From the NCBI GenBank assembly GCA_030695565.1, contig JAUYRZ010000112.1, forward strand, positions 1,112 through 65,111: a stretch of 64,000 nt of DNA. The letters are read 5' to 3'. A program made the position numbers and the translations under genes. Under the pieces are notes generated by a model. The model was not told where the DNA came from and did not search any database. It saw nothing but the letters and a program-made list of their open reading frames with translations. Below are positions 9,250 to 19,069 of this stretch, piece after piece (the first letter of the stretch is position 1; every line of letters begins with the position of its first letter). This DNA is from Archangium sp. (GTDB lineage: Bacteria; Myxococcota; Myxococcia; Myxococcales; Myxococcaceae).

Positions 9250-10373
9250 AGCGCGTCTCCCTGCTGGTGGTGTTGGCGCTGTGTGGTTGCCCCAAGCCCG
9301 GTGATGGGGTCGATCCCAAAGTGCGGGCTGACGGGCATTACCTCTCGGGCCAGGCGGCCTACCTCAAGGGTGATTTCGCCGAGGCGCACCAACAGTTCGC
9401 TGAGGTGCGCGCGCTCAACCCCACCGATCCCCGGCTGCCCGCCGCGGAGGGTGAGGTGTACCTGTCTGAGGTGAAGGTGCCTGAGGCCATCGAGGCCTTC
9501 GAGACCGCGGCGAAAGCCGACCCCAAACGCGGCACCACGTGGAGCCGGCTGGGCTACCTGTATTCGGTCAAGGGCGAGAAGGAGAAGGCGCGCGAGGCGT
9601 TGCAGAAGGCGCTCGCGGCGAACCCGAAAGACTTCAACGCGCTGGAGACGCTGGCGGACCTGCAGCTGGAAGAGGGCAAGGTCGACGAGGCGGTGAAGAA
9701 CCTGGTGCTGGCCAGTGACGCCGCTCCGGAGAGCACGCGGGGTGACCTGGTGCTGCGCGTCACCGCCGAGCTGCAGAAGGCGGGGCGCGCGAAGGAGGCG
9801 GTGGAGGTGCTGGAGAGCGCGGTCAAGAAGGGCATCAAGAGCGCGGGCGTGTTCAACGAGCTGGGTGACCGGCTGGTCGAGGCGACGCGGCTCGAAGACG
9901 CGGTGACCGCGTACACGCTCGCGGCGAAGGTCGACCCGAAGGATCCTTCGTTGTGGGAGCTGGTCGCGGAGGTGCAGCTCAAGCTGGGCAAGCTCACCGA
10001 GGCTGAAGCCGCGTTCCGCTCGTCGCTCGAGGTGAAGGATCGCGGCGTGGTGCACGTGGCGCTCGCGCGGCTGTGTCAGCAGAAGAAAGACGATGCCTGC
10101 GCCCAGGCGGAGCTGCAGAAGGCGCTCGACACGTCGACCGGTGAGGAGCTGCGGGAGACGCTGGAGCTGGCCGACCTGCTCGCGAGCTTCGGGCGGAAGA
10201 AGGATGGGCTCGCGCTGCTGCGGTCGGTCAGTGAAGAGAGCGAGCAGAAGAACAACATCGAGCTGCACCTGCGCACGGCCCGGCTCGCGAAGGAGCTGAA
10301 GGATGAAGTGACGGTGAAGGCGGCGTGCACCCGCGCGTTGGTGAGCGGGCAGGCCGGCTTGAAGTGTCCGTGA
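9246..10373 (+). CDS. TPR repeat lipoprotein
   Basis: Start overlaps the previous stop. Lipobox LVVLALCGC. Multiple TPR-like repeats (GDFAEAHQQFAEVRALNPTDP etc.). Confidence 0.7.
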   Translation: MKRVSLLVVLALCGCPKPGDGVDPKVRADGHYLSGQAAYLKGDFAEAHQQFAEVRALNPTDPRLPAAEGEVYLSEVKVPEAIEAFETAAKADPKRGTTWSRLGYLYSVKGEKEKAREALQKALAANPKDFNALETLADLQLEEGKVDEAVKNLVLASDAAPESTRGDLVLRVTAELQKAGRAKEAVEVLESAVKKGIKSAGVFNELGDRLVEATRLEDAVTAYTLAAKVDPKDPSLWELVAEVQLKLGKLTEAEAAFRSSLEVKDRGVVHVALARLCQQKKDDACAQAELQKALDTSTGEELRETLELADLLASFGRKKDGLALLRSVSEESEQKNNIELHLRTARLAKELKDEVTVKAACTRALVSGQAGLKCP

Positions 10374-10381
10374 GGTGACCG

Positions 10382-10413
10382 AAAAAAAACCTCTCCCTGC
10401 GCGCGGGGAGAGG
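10382..10413 (-). terminator. Intrinsic terminator for the minus-strand operon (possibly bidirectional)
   Basis: On the minus strand: CCTCTCCC-loop-GGGAGAGG hairpin (10413-10390) followed by T8 (10389-10382). It lies between convergent stops at 10373 and 10457. Confidence 0.65.
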
Positions 10414-10456
10414 TCGGTCTGCAGGACCGGGCGCGGGGCCCACCGACCTCGGTTCG

Positions 10457-11614
10457 TCATCCTGCGACGAGGATGATCTTCACGACCTCGGGCGGCGCGG
10501 CGACGCGCATCGGAGGCCCCACGAAGCCACACCCGCGACTCGTGTACAGCTGCGTGCCGTCGTGCACCGACAGCCCCTGATTGCGATCGCCCCAGATGCC
10601 CCGGCCGATCAAATTCGCGGGAAACAGCTGCCCGCCGTGCGTGTGGCCACTCAACTGCAGCCCCACCTTCTTCGCCGCGGCCAGCTCGAGCCCATTGGGC
10701 TGATGGCACAACAGCACCGACGCCCGCTCCAGATCACGGCCCTTCACCGCGGCCTCCAGATCGTACCCATTGGGCTGCCAGCGCGAACCCCAGTCATCCA
10801 CCCCGATGAGATCGAACGACGCGCTCGGATCCCCGATGGTCACCGTGCGATTGCGCAGCACCTCGAAGTCGATGCCCTCGAGCTCGCGCGACCACTCTTC
10901 CCACCCCGCGTAATAATCGTGGTTGCCCGAGACGAAGTACGTGCCGAAACGCGACTGCAGGTTCCGCAACCGCGCGACGTACCGGCCCACCGCGTCGGGC
11001 GAACCGTCGACCAGATCGCCGGTGATCGCCAGCAGGTCTGGCTTGGCGGAGTTCGCCGTGGCCACCAGCTGATCCAGGAAGCGCTCCTGAATGATCGCCC
11101 CCACGTGAATGTCGCTGAGCTGCACGATGGTGAAGCCATCGAGCGCCCTGGGCAGGCCGAGCAGCTTGATGGGCACCTCGGTAATCTCCGGCGGGGTGAA
11201 GGCGCGCCAGGTGCCGTAACTCGCGATGCCACCACCCACGGCCAACGCACCGGTGGCGGCGACGCGGGAGAGGAAGAGCCGCCGTTCGGGGTTCTCGGGC
11301 ACCGCTTCAGGCTTCTTGCGCCGGCGCACGAGCCACTTCACGCACTCGACGATGACCAGGGCCATCAGCGTGTACATGAACACGCCCCAGCCGATCAGCA
11401 CGACCGTGGTGATGCCCGGCGGGGGCATCTGCCCGCGCCAGGCGAAACGCACCACGGGCACGGCGAGAAAGAGCATCGCCAACAGCACGGCCATCACCCG
11501 GCGCACCACCGCCGACTGGATCGTGTCGGCCACCGTGCGGCGGTAGACGAAGTAGTTGGCGCCCGCGAAGACCGCGAGGGTCAAAATTCCGAAGAGGATC
11601 CGGGGCCACAGCAT
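10457..11614 (-). CDS. Membrane-anchored metallophosphoesterase (YkuE-like)
   Basis: N-terminal TM helices followed by calcineurin-like phosphoesterase motifs: SDIHVG, GDLVDG, GNHDYY, GHTHGGQ. Confidence 0.85.
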   Translation of the reverse strand: MLWPRILFGILTLAVFAGANYFVYRRTVADTIQSAVVRRVMAVLLAMLFLAVPVVRFAWRGQMPPPGITTVVLIGWGVFMYTLMALVIVECVKWLVRRRKKPEAVPENPERRLFLSRVAATGALAVGGGIASYGTWRAFTPPEITEVPIKLLGLPRALDGFTIVQLSDIHVGAIIQERFLDQLVATANSAKPDLLAITGDLVDGSPDAVGRYVARLRNLQSRFGTYFVSGNHDYYAGWEEWSRELEGIDFEVLRNRTVTIGDPSASFDLIGVDDWGSRWQPNGYDLEAAVKGRDLERASVLLCHQPNGLELAAAKKVGLQLSGHTHGGQLFPANLIGRGIWGDRNQGLSVHDGTQLYTSRGCGFVGPPMRVAAPPEVVKIILVAG

Positions 11615-11627
11615 GGGGAGAGCCTAC

Positions 11628-13316
11628 CTAACGGCCGGGTGGCCCAGACTCTTCCCGAAGTGCGCTTCCACCGGGGCGGCCGCGGGCGGCCATGCCTGCG
11701 GCGACCGCGAGCCCGGCCATCAACCCGAAGATGAGGGCTGAGGCGATGTCCACGCCGTCTGTCCACGACTGCGGCAAGAGCACCGCTTTCAACCCCGCGG
11801 GGAAGTCGAACACCCGGGTCGGGAGCGGCGCCGCGCGCCAGGCCTTGATGGTCGACATGAGCGCTGAGGCAGCCAACGAGGTGGCGGTGAAGCCGAACGC
11901 CGCAAGAGATCCCCAGCCCCACAGGGCGCGCGCCCCCCACGGTGCGCCCTGCGGCAAGGGCTCCACCTCTTCGCCGGAGACCTCCTTCGGCTCGGAGCCC
12001 CAGGGCACGAAGCGCCGCAGCATCAGCATGCCGGGAATGCCGAAGACCATGGTGAGCAGGAAGAAGTCTCTCCAGCCCAGCGCGTCGGCCATCACGCCCG
12101 CGGGCGGCCCCACGAACGTGCGCGCCAGCCCCACCAGGCTCGAGAAGAACGCGTACTGCGTGGCCGAGAACCTCTTGTCCGTCAGCCGGAGCAGCAGCAC
12201 GCCGAACGCGCCCCAGCCCATGCCGCCGGTCATCGTCTCCACGAAGATGGCGGACTGGAGCGGCAGGTTCACGCTCGCGTCGAGAAACGGCAGCGCGACG
12301 GCGCCCGTGCTGGGGCTGATCATCGCCACCACCGCGTAGCCACTGTTCGAGACGATCTGCAGCACGCCGCAGATCCACAACGCGCGGCCCAGCCCCCAGC
12401 GCCCGGCCATCATGCCGCCCAGGATGGTGCCGATGAGCGTGCCCGCGATGCCCACACCGCCGCGCACCACGCCCACGTCGAAGGCCGAGAAGCCCTGCTT
12501 GAGCAGGAAGGGGCTGACCAACGCGCCGGCGATGGAGTCGGCCAGGCGGTAGAGCAGCACGAACGCGGTGATCTCCAGCGCGCGCGGGCGGCCGAGGAAC
12601 CCGACGAAGGGCAACCAGAGCGCTTCCTTGAGCGTCTGCGGCCGGGCGATGGTGCCCTGGGGTTCGGGCGCAAAGACGGTCACCGGCAGCAACGCGAGGT
12701 AGACCACCGCCTGGGCGAGCAGCGTCCAGCTCCAGCCCCAGACGGGCGCCAGCGAGATGGCGATGTTGCCCGACATCCACAGGCCCACCCGGTAGAGCGC
12801 GCTGCGGGCTCCCACGGCGGCGCCGTGTTCGTGTTTCTCCAGCACCTCGACCGCGTACGCGTCGTAGACGATGTCTTGCGAGGCCGAAGCGAAGGCGATC
12901 AGGAACGAGAGCCCGGCCACGGCGCTGACGAGCAGGGGATCGATCGGGGGCAACGTGGCGCAGGCCGCGCTGCCGGGCTCGCAGGTGGGCATGGAGGCCG
13001 CGAGGAAACCCAGCGCGGCGACCACCGCTCCGAGCGCGAGCTGACAGATGAGAATCCACCCGCGGCGCGAGCCCATGAACGGGGGGCGCAGCCGATCCAT
13101 CAAGGGTGACCAGACGAACTTGAAGCCGTACGGCAGCTGCACCAGCGTGATGAGGCCGATGGTCTTGATGTCCACCCGGGCCATCGCCAACCACGCGGGC
13201 ACGGCGGTGATCACCAGCCCGAGCGGGAGCCCAGACGAGAGCGAGAGCAGGGTGACGGCGCCCAGCCGCCGGCTGGTGAACGCCGAGAAGAAGCTGGCCT
13301 TCGCGGGCGCAGTCAC
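11628..13316 (-). CDS. ampG: AmpG-family MFS muropeptide permease with C-terminal extension
   Basis: LSLSSGLPLGLV and LPYGFKFVWSPLMDR motifs typical of AmpG, with more than 12 TM segments. An extra tail of about 120 aa is present. Confidence 0.75.
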   Translation of the reverse strand: MTAPAKASFFSAFTSRRLGAVTLLSLSSGLPLGLVITAVPAWLAMARVDIKTIGLITLVQLPYGFKFVWSPLMDRLRPPFMGSRRGWILICQLALGAVVAALGFLAASMPTCEPGSAACATLPPIDPLLVSAVAGLSFLIAFASASQDIVYDAYAVEVLEKHEHGAAVGARSALYRVGLWMSGNIAISLAPVWGWSWTLLAQAVVYLALLPVTVFAPEPQGTIARPQTLKEALWLPFVGFLGRPRALEITAFVLLYRLADSIAGALVSPFLLKQGFSAFDVGVVRGGVGIAGTLIGTILGGMMAGRWGLGRALWICGVLQIVSNSGYAVVAMISPSTGAVALPFLDASVNLPLQSAIFVETMTGGMGWGAFGVLLLRLTDKRFSATQYAFFSSLVGLARTFVGPPAGVMADALGWRDFFLLTMVFGIPGMLMLRRFVPWGSEPKEVSGEEVEPLPQGAPWGARALWGWGSLAAFGFTATSLAASALMSTIKAWRAAPLPTRVFDFPAGLKAVLLPQSWTDGVDIASALIFGLMAGLAVAAGMAARGRPGGSALREESGPPGR

Positions 13317-13374
13317 CTGATCAACCGTTCTTGCCGAGCAGCAGACCCCTCGACTCGGCTCGGGGTGATCGGTG

Positions 13375-14088
13375 TCACGGCTTGGCGAACTTCACGACCT
13401 CGACCAACGGAGGCCGCTTGGCCAACGCTGCGCCGCCCGCCGTGATGCGGGTGTGCGCTTCTTTGTGCACGTGATCCGGAGGCGCCGAGCTGCCGCGCTT
13501 GTACCAGGGATCAGACGGGTGGCTGACCGCCGGGCCCTTGAGCAGCTTGGGGATGTCGTAGACGAAGCCCTGGCGGTTGTACTCGCTGGGAACGTGCGTG
13601 TACGTGTCCATGCGGATCGCGTCTTTGGGGCACGCGTCGACGCAGAGCCCGCACACGATGCAGCGCAGCTCGTCGATCACGAACTGCTTGGGGTACTTCT
13701 CGATCACCCGCGACTCGGCGTGCTCGTCATCGCCGCCGTACTCGCCGGCCTCGATGTAGATGCACTGCGCCGGGCAGATGGTCGCGCACATGTAACAAGC
13801 CACGCAGCGCGGCTTGCCGTCTTCACGCGGAACCAGGCGGTGCAGGCCGCGGTACCCGGGCGGGTAGTCGACCTTCTCTTCGGGGTAGTTGACCGTGGTG
13901 ATGGTCGCCAGGCCCTTGCGGTCGACGACATCGGGGTTCGGGTCGCGCTCGCCAAAGAGGTTGCGCAGGAAGTGTTTCGTGGTGAGCGCGATCCCCTTGA
14001 GGATCTCGGGCACGTACGTGCGCTCGCGAATGTCGGCCTCGACCAGTTCGCGCTTCTCGAGGGGATCGTGGTGAGAGTGGGAGGACAT
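13375..14088 (-). CDS. nuoI: NADH-quinone oxidoreductase subunit I
   Basis: Two 4Fe-4S ferredoxin motifs, [12 protein letters not shown] and [12 protein letters not shown]. Adjacent to nuoH. Confidence 0.9.
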   Translation of the reverse strand: MSSHSHHDPLEKRELVEADIRERTYVPEILKGIALTTKHFLRNLFGERDPNPDVVDRKGLATITTVNYPEEKVDYPPGYRGLHRLVPREDGKPRCVACYMCATICPAQCIYIEAGEYGGDDEHAESRVIEKYPKQFVIDELRCIVCGLCVDACPKDAIRMDTYTHVPSEYNRQGFVYDIPKLLKGPAVSHPSDPWYKRGSSAPPDHVHKEAHTRITAGGAALAKRPPLVEVVKFAKP

Positions 14089-14096
14089 GTGGGTTC

Positions 14097-15506
14097 TCAG
14101 TGCGTGCTGGCAGGCAGCGCCGCGTGATCATCGTGAGGAGCAGGCGCCGCGTGACCGTGGCCGCCGTGGTGATCGTCAGCCGCTTCCTGCTCCTGGCGCA
14201 CCTGCTTAGGGGGCGTCAGGGTGAGGAAGGCGAACACGCCGATCACGAAGAACCCGAAGAGGGCCAGCGCGCGCAGCGAGGGATCCCACAGGATGAGGGC
14301 GCCCGAGACGAACAGGTTCGCGAGGCCCACCGGCAGGAGAATCTGCCAACCGAGCTTCTGAATCTGGTCGTAGCGGAAGCGGGGCATCGTCCAGCGGATG
14401 ACCATCTGCAGGTACACCAGCAGGAGCGTCTTGCCCCAGAACACGGTGCCGTAAATTGCGCCCAGCAAGATGGGGTACTGCTTCATCACGGCCAGGTTCA
14501 TCAGCCACTCATTGCCGAAGGGCAATGACCAGCCGCCGAAGAAGATGGCGACGATGACCCCGCCCAGCACGACCACTTCGACGAACTCGGCGATCATGAA
14601 CATGCCGAACTGCATGCCGGAGTACTCGAGGAAGTAGCCGACGATCTCCGACTCACCTTCGGGCGAGTCGAACGGCGCGCGCTTGGTCTCGGCGAAGGCA
14701 GCCGCGAAGAAGAGCAGGAAGCCCAGGGGCTGAATGAAGATGCCCCACGCCGGCAGGCCCAGGTCGAAGGACCCGACGCGCGTCGACCAGAGGTACTGCA
14801 TCTGCATCTCCGACATGCCGTCGGGGCCGGCGAGCTTCACCGTGGAGAACGCGATCATCATGCCCACCAGCGACAGGCCGAGGGCGACCTCGTAGCTGAT
14901 CATCTGCGAGCTGGCGCGAACGCCACCGAGCAGCGCGAACTTGTTGTTCGACGCCCAGCCGGCCAACGACGTGCCGTACACAGCGAGCGAGGCGATGGCG
15001 AAGAGGTAGAGCAACCCGAAGTCGAGGTTGGTCGAGACCATCATCACCGGGTGATCGAAGATCTTCAGGGTCGGGCCCGCGGGCACCACCGCGAAGAGCG
15101 CGAACACCGGAGCGAAGGCCAACATGGGCCCGAGCGCGAAGAGCACCTTGCTGGCGTTCTTGGGCCGGAAGGCCTCCTTGGTGAGCATCTTGAAGACGTC
15201 GGTGACGATGTGCGGGATGCCGGCCAGTGAGGCATTGGGCAGGCCGGGGAAGCGGGCGCGGTTGGGGCCGACACGATCCTGCATGAAGGCCGACCACTTG
15301 CGCTCGGCCAGCGTGAGCAGGGTGGCGAACACCATCACGATCATCAGCATCAGGATGAGGATGTTGGTCAGCGAGGCCAACCCGCTGACGCCGTGGGTGC
15401 GGCCAAAATCCTCCACCACGCCGCCGAGGGCGTACGCGCCCCCCATGAGGGCAAAGAAGCCGCCGAAGATCAGACCCAGAGAAACGAAGACGACGCCAAG
15501 ACGCAT
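14097..15506 (-). CDS. nuoH: NADH-quinone oxidoreductase subunit H
   Basis: Polytopic membrane protein with [16 protein letters not shown] and EFVEYSG-like (FLEYSGMQF) NuoH/ND1 signatures. His-rich C-terminal tail. Confidence 0.9.
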   Translation of the reverse strand: MRLGVVFVSLGLIFGGFFALMGGAYALGGVVEDFGRTHGVSGLASLTNILILMLMIVMVFATLLTLAERKWSAFMQDRVGPNRARFPGLPNASLAGIPHIVTDVFKMLTKEAFRPKNASKVLFALGPMLAFAPVFALFAVVPAGPTLKIFDHPVMMVSTNLDFGLLYLFAIASLAVYGTSLAGWASNNKFALLGGVRASSQMISYEVALGLSLVGMMIAFSTVKLAGPDGMSEMQMQYLWSTRVGSFDLGLPAWGIFIQPLGFLLFFAAAFAETKRAPFDSPEGESEIVGYFLEYSGMQFGMFMIAEFVEVVVLGGVIVAIFFGGWSLPFGNEWLMNLAVMKQYPILLGAIYGTVFWGKTLLLVYLQMVIRWTMPRFRYDQIQKLGWQILLPVGLANLFVSGALILWDPSLRALALFGFFVIGVFAFLTLTPPKQVRQEQEAADDHHGGHGHAAPAPHDDHAALPASTH

Positions 15507-15508
15507 GG

Positions 15509-17248
15509 TCAGGTACCCGGGGGAAGCGAGAGACCGCGGAGGTTGGGAACGCCCTGTTCACGCCAACCCGGCGGGCGGCCATCCGCCGAGGCCGCCATGG
15601 TGCTGATGCCCGGGCGCTTCTGGTTCATCGGAGCCTTCTTGTCCCACTCGAAGGTGGCCAGCTCAGGCACCTGCGGCGCGAGCTGCTTGAAGATCTCGCG
15701 CGACGAGGTGGCCTTCATCTCGAGACCGAGTTGACGGGCCAGATCGACCGCCCACTTCCAGTGTGGTTGCGAGTCACCCTTGGGCGGGTACGCGCGGCGG
15801 AAGCGCTGGATGATGCCGTCGCCCTGCATGAACGTGCCTTCGTCTTCCACGTGAACGGAGGCCGCGAGCACCACATGCGCCGCTTCGACGACCTTCGACT
15901 CGTTGGTGGCCGAGACCACGAACAGCTCGAGCTTCTGCGCGCGGGCGGCGAACACTTCGTCTTCTTCAGGCACTTCGTGACCCAGGCCGAAGAGCGCCTT
16001 CACGGTGCCCGTGTCGATCGCCCTGGTCAGCTCGGTGAACGGCTTGAGCTCGAGGCCGTAGGCCTTCGCGATGACCTCGAGGCCCTTGCGGTTGGGGTTC
16101 TTGTCGGCCGTGAGGAGGAAGTTGTCAGCCTCGCCCTGGGGGCGGCCCGACACGTAGACCGACTTGACCTTGAGCACGTCGCGCGCGAACGCGAGGCCGG
16201 CGAGCAGGTCTTCGATCGACGCCACGGGGGAGGCCATGAAGGCCACCTTGCCGGAATGAGCCTTGAGCTTCTCCACCGCCACCCGCAGCGCTTCGATCGG
16301 CGTGACGTCTTTCACCTCGGCGCCCCGGCCCAGGCCGTTCTGCTGCACGCGGTGCTTGTTGAGCCCCTTGTACGAGAGGCGGCCCTTGTCACACATCCAG
16401 CTCTTGTTGATCTGCTCGTTCTCACGCGGCCGGAAGCGGTACGTGTCCTGGCCCATGAAGTCGGCGTAGATCGAACAGCCACGCGAGCAGCCCGTGCACA
16501 CCGAGGGCGCCGCCGAGAGAAACCACGCCCGCGCGCGGAAGCGGAAGTCGGTGTTGAGCAGCGCGCCGACGGGGCAGATGTCGACGATGTTGCCCGAGTA
16601 GTTCGAGTCGAGCTTGCCGTAGGCGGGCGAGATGTCGACCACCTCGTGCGAGCCGCGGCCGAAGATGCCCAGCTGCGGCGCCTTGGCCACTTCGTCCATG
16701 AAGCGCACGCAGCGGGTGCAGAGCACGCAGCGCTCCTGGTCGAGCACCACCAGATCGCTGAGCTTCTTGCGCTTGTTGCGCAGCACCTTGGCGCCCTCGA
16801 GCCGCGAGGGCTCGAAGTCGTAGCGCATGTAGTAGTCCTGCAGCTTGCACTCACCGGCCTGGTCGCAGATCGAGCAGTCGACGGGGTGGTTGAGGAGCAG
16901 GAACTCCATCACCATCTTCTGCTGAGCGCGCACCTTCTCGGTGTCGGTCTTGATGACCGCGCCTTCGGAGATGCCGGTCTGGCAGGCGGGCACCAGCTTG
17001 CCCGGGGGCGCCGCCGACGACTCGACCATGCACATGCGGCAGTTGGCCGCGATGGAGAGGCGAGGGTGGTAGCAGTAGTACGGAATGTCGACGCCCACCG
17101 ACTTCGCGGCCTCGATCATGTTGGTGCCCGGCTTGGCCACGACTTCCTTACCGTCAATCACCAGCGTCACCATGCCGGGGTTCTTCGGCGGCGGCGGCCC
17201 GGGGGGCGGCGCAGGCTTCGGGGCTTCAATCTTCTTCTCGTCGCTCAC
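15509..17248 (-). CDS. nuoG: NADH-quinone oxidoreductase subunit G (short form)
   Basis: 2Fe-2S and 4Fe-4S cysteine clusters: CYHPRLSIAANCRMC, HPVDCSICDQAGECKLQ, CVLCTRCVRF, DICPVGAL. The GTG start overlaps the nuoD TGA. A Pro-rich N-terminal extension is present, with an alternative ATG at 17173. Confidence 0.85.
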   Translation of the reverse strand: MSDEKKIEAPKPAPPPGPPPPKNPGMVTLVIDGKEVVAKPGTNMIEAAKSVGVDIPYYCYHPRLSIAANCRMCMVESSAAPPGKLVPACQTGISEGAVIKTDTEKVRAQQKMVMEFLLLNHPVDCSICDQAGECKLQDYYMRYDFEPSRLEGAKVLRNKRKKLSDLVVLDQERCVLCTRCVRFMDEVAKAPQLGIFGRGSHEVVDISPAYGKLDSNYSGNIVDICPVGALLNTDFRFRARAWFLSAAPSVCTGCSRGCSIYADFMGQDTYRFRPRENEQINKSWMCDKGRLSYKGLNKHRVQQNGLGRGAEVKDVTPIEALRVAVEKLKAHSGKVAFMASPVASIEDLLAGLAFARDVLKVKSVYVSGRPQGEADNFLLTADKNPNRKGLEVIAKAYGLELKPFTELTRAIDTGTVKALFGLGHEVPEEDEVFAARAQKLELFVVSATNESKVVEAAHVVLAASVHVEDEGTFMQGDGIIQRFRRAYPPKGDSQPHWKWAVDLARQLGLEMKATSSREIFKQLAPQVPELATFEWDKKAPMNQKRPGISTMAASADGRPPGWREQGVPNLRGLSLPPGT

Positions 17249-18474
17249 TGCTCGACCTCTCCGCCGATCATGTTGATCGTGTCAAAGGTGGGAACCAGAT
17301 CCGCCAGCATGCGGCCTTCGCACAGGCGGCCCAGACCCGAGAGGATCTGGTAGCCGGGCGCGCGCACGTGGCACTTGTAGGGGCGGCCTGAACCATCGCT
17401 GCGCAGGTACCAGCCGAGCTCGCCGTTGGGCGACTCGGTGCAGTGGTAGACCTCGCCGTCCGGCACCGGCACGCCTTCCATCACCAGCTTGAAGTGCGCG
17501 ATCACGCCTTCGATCGAGTTGTAGACGTTCTCTTTGGGGGGCAGGGCGATGCGCCAGTCGTCGATCATCACGGGGCCTTCGGGCATCTGCGCGAAGCACT
17601 GTTTGATCATCTTGAGCGACTCGGGGATCTCCAACATGCGCATGTAGTAGCGGTCGAAGTTGTCGCCGTTGTTGCCCGTGGGCACCGTGAAATCGAGCTT
17701 GTCGTAGGCCCAGTACGGCTGCGCCTTGCGCACGTCGTAGCTCACGCCGCACGCCCGCAGCGCAGGCCCGGTGAAGCCGAAGTCGAGCGCGTCATCGGCG
17801 GTGATGACGCCGGTGCCCTTGGTGCGGTCGGTGAAGATGCGGTTGCGCGAGAGGAGCGTGTCCATCTCGGCGGCGACCTCTTCGATCTTCACGATGCTCT
17901 TCATCACCTTCTCTTTCCAGCCGTCGGGCAGGTCGCGGTTCAACCCGCCGATGCGCCCGTAGCTGGTGGTCAGGCGCGCGCCCGTCAGCTCGGTGACCCG
18001 ATCGGTGATGAGCTCACGCGCTTCCATCGCGTAGAGGAACGCCGAGAAGCCGCCCAGCTCGAGGGCGAGGGCGCCGGCGGTGGTGAGGTGGCTGGCGATG
18101 CGGTGCAGCTCGGCGCCGATCACGCGGATGTACTTGGCGCGCTCGGGGATATCGATGCCCATCAGGGTCTCGACGGCCGACAGGTAACCAAAGTTGTTCT
18201 GCAGCGCGGCGACGTAGTCGAGGCGATCGGTGTACGGCAGCACCTGCGTCCAGGTGACGCTCTCGCAGCTCTTCTGGAAGCCGCGGTGGAGGAAGCCGAT
18301 CTCGGTGTCCATCTTCACGATGGTCTCGCCGTCGAGCTCGATGCGCAGGCGAACGGTGCCGTGCGTCGCCGGGTGCGAAGGCCCCAGGTTCACCACCATG
18401 TTGCGCGTCTGAAGATGCGCCTCGAGCTCGTGTTCACTCGGAGTCGGATCGTATTCGTCACCGGCAGCTGCCAT
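17245..18474 (-). CDS. nuoD: NADH-quinone oxidoreductase subunit D
   Basis: Start moved to the ATG at 18474 (MAAAGDEY...). NLGPSHPATHG motif and the conserved 49-kDa subunit C-terminus (RAPGYQILSGL...IGGEVEQ). Confidence 0.9.
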   Translation of the reverse strand: MAAAGDEYDPTPSEHELEAHLQTRNMVVNLGPSHPATHGTVRLRIELDGETIVKMDTEIGFLHRGFQKSCESVTWTQVLPYTDRLDYVAALQNNFGYLSAVETLMGIDIPERAKYIRVIGAELHRIASHLTTAGALALELGGFSAFLYAMEARELITDRVTELTGARLTTSYGRIGGLNRDLPDGWKEKVMKSIVKIEEVAAEMDTLLSRNRIFTDRTKGTGVITADDALDFGFTGPALRACGVSYDVRKAQPYWAYDKLDFTVPTGNNGDNFDRYYMRMLEIPESLKMIKQCFAQMPEGPVMIDDWRIALPPKENVYNSIEGVIAHFKLVMEGVPVPDGEVYHCTESPNGELGWYLRSDGSGRPYKCHVRAPGYQILSGLGRLCEGRMLADLVPTFDTINMIGGEVEQ

Positions 18475-18500
18475 GTGCGTACCTCGTGTGATGCGAAAAG

Positions 18501-19031
18501 TTAGTCCTGCACGCCGTTGGTGCCGGGGCCGCGGAAGATGTCCTGGATGGGGCGCTCGGGGATCAGGTTCTGCCGGCCGCGCAACGGGTAGTCCTTGCGC
18601 AGCGGGTGACCCACGAACTCTTCGTACATGAGGATGCGGCGCTTGTTGCCGCCGGCGAAGACCACGCCGTAAAAATCCCACACGAAGCGCTCGCCCCAGT
18701 CGGCACCCTGAAAGACCTTGTTGATGCTGGGGATGTCCTGGTCTTCGTTCACCCGCACCTTGAGGCGCGCGTGCTCGTTCCGCTCGATGTTCTTGAGGAA
18801 GTAGAGCACCTCGAAACGAGGGTCTTGCTCCTCGGGCGGGAGGTGGAGGCGATCGACCGCGTCCATCGAGATGAAGAGCCTGAAGCCGAGCTTCACCTTG
18901 AGGAGCTTCACGACCTCAACGATGTGCTCACGGGCGATGACTCCCCAGGTTTCGCCGGTCCGGTCTTTGTACCGTTCCACGAGAGCCTGGGGGAGCTGGG
19001 CCTGAATCTGGTCGAGCGCGAAGGTGCTCAA
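18501..19031 (-). CDS. nuoC: NADH-quinone oxidoreductase subunit C
   Basis: 176 aa with 30-kDa subunit signature (ERFVWDFYGVVFAGGNKRRILMYEEFVGHPLRKDYPL). Confidence 0.9.
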   Translation of the reverse strand: MSTFALDQIQAQLPQALVERYKDRTGETWGVIAREHIVEVVKLLKVKLGFRLFISMDAVDRLHLPPEEQDPRFEVLYFLKNIERNEHARLKVRVNEDQDIPSINKVFQGADWGERFVWDFYGVVFAGGNKRRILMYEEFVGHPLRKDYPLRGRQNLIPERPIQDIFRGPGTNGVQD

Positions 19032-19069
19032 ATTGCGTCCCTCTTCAGAAGAAATGAGGCGCCGTTCTT

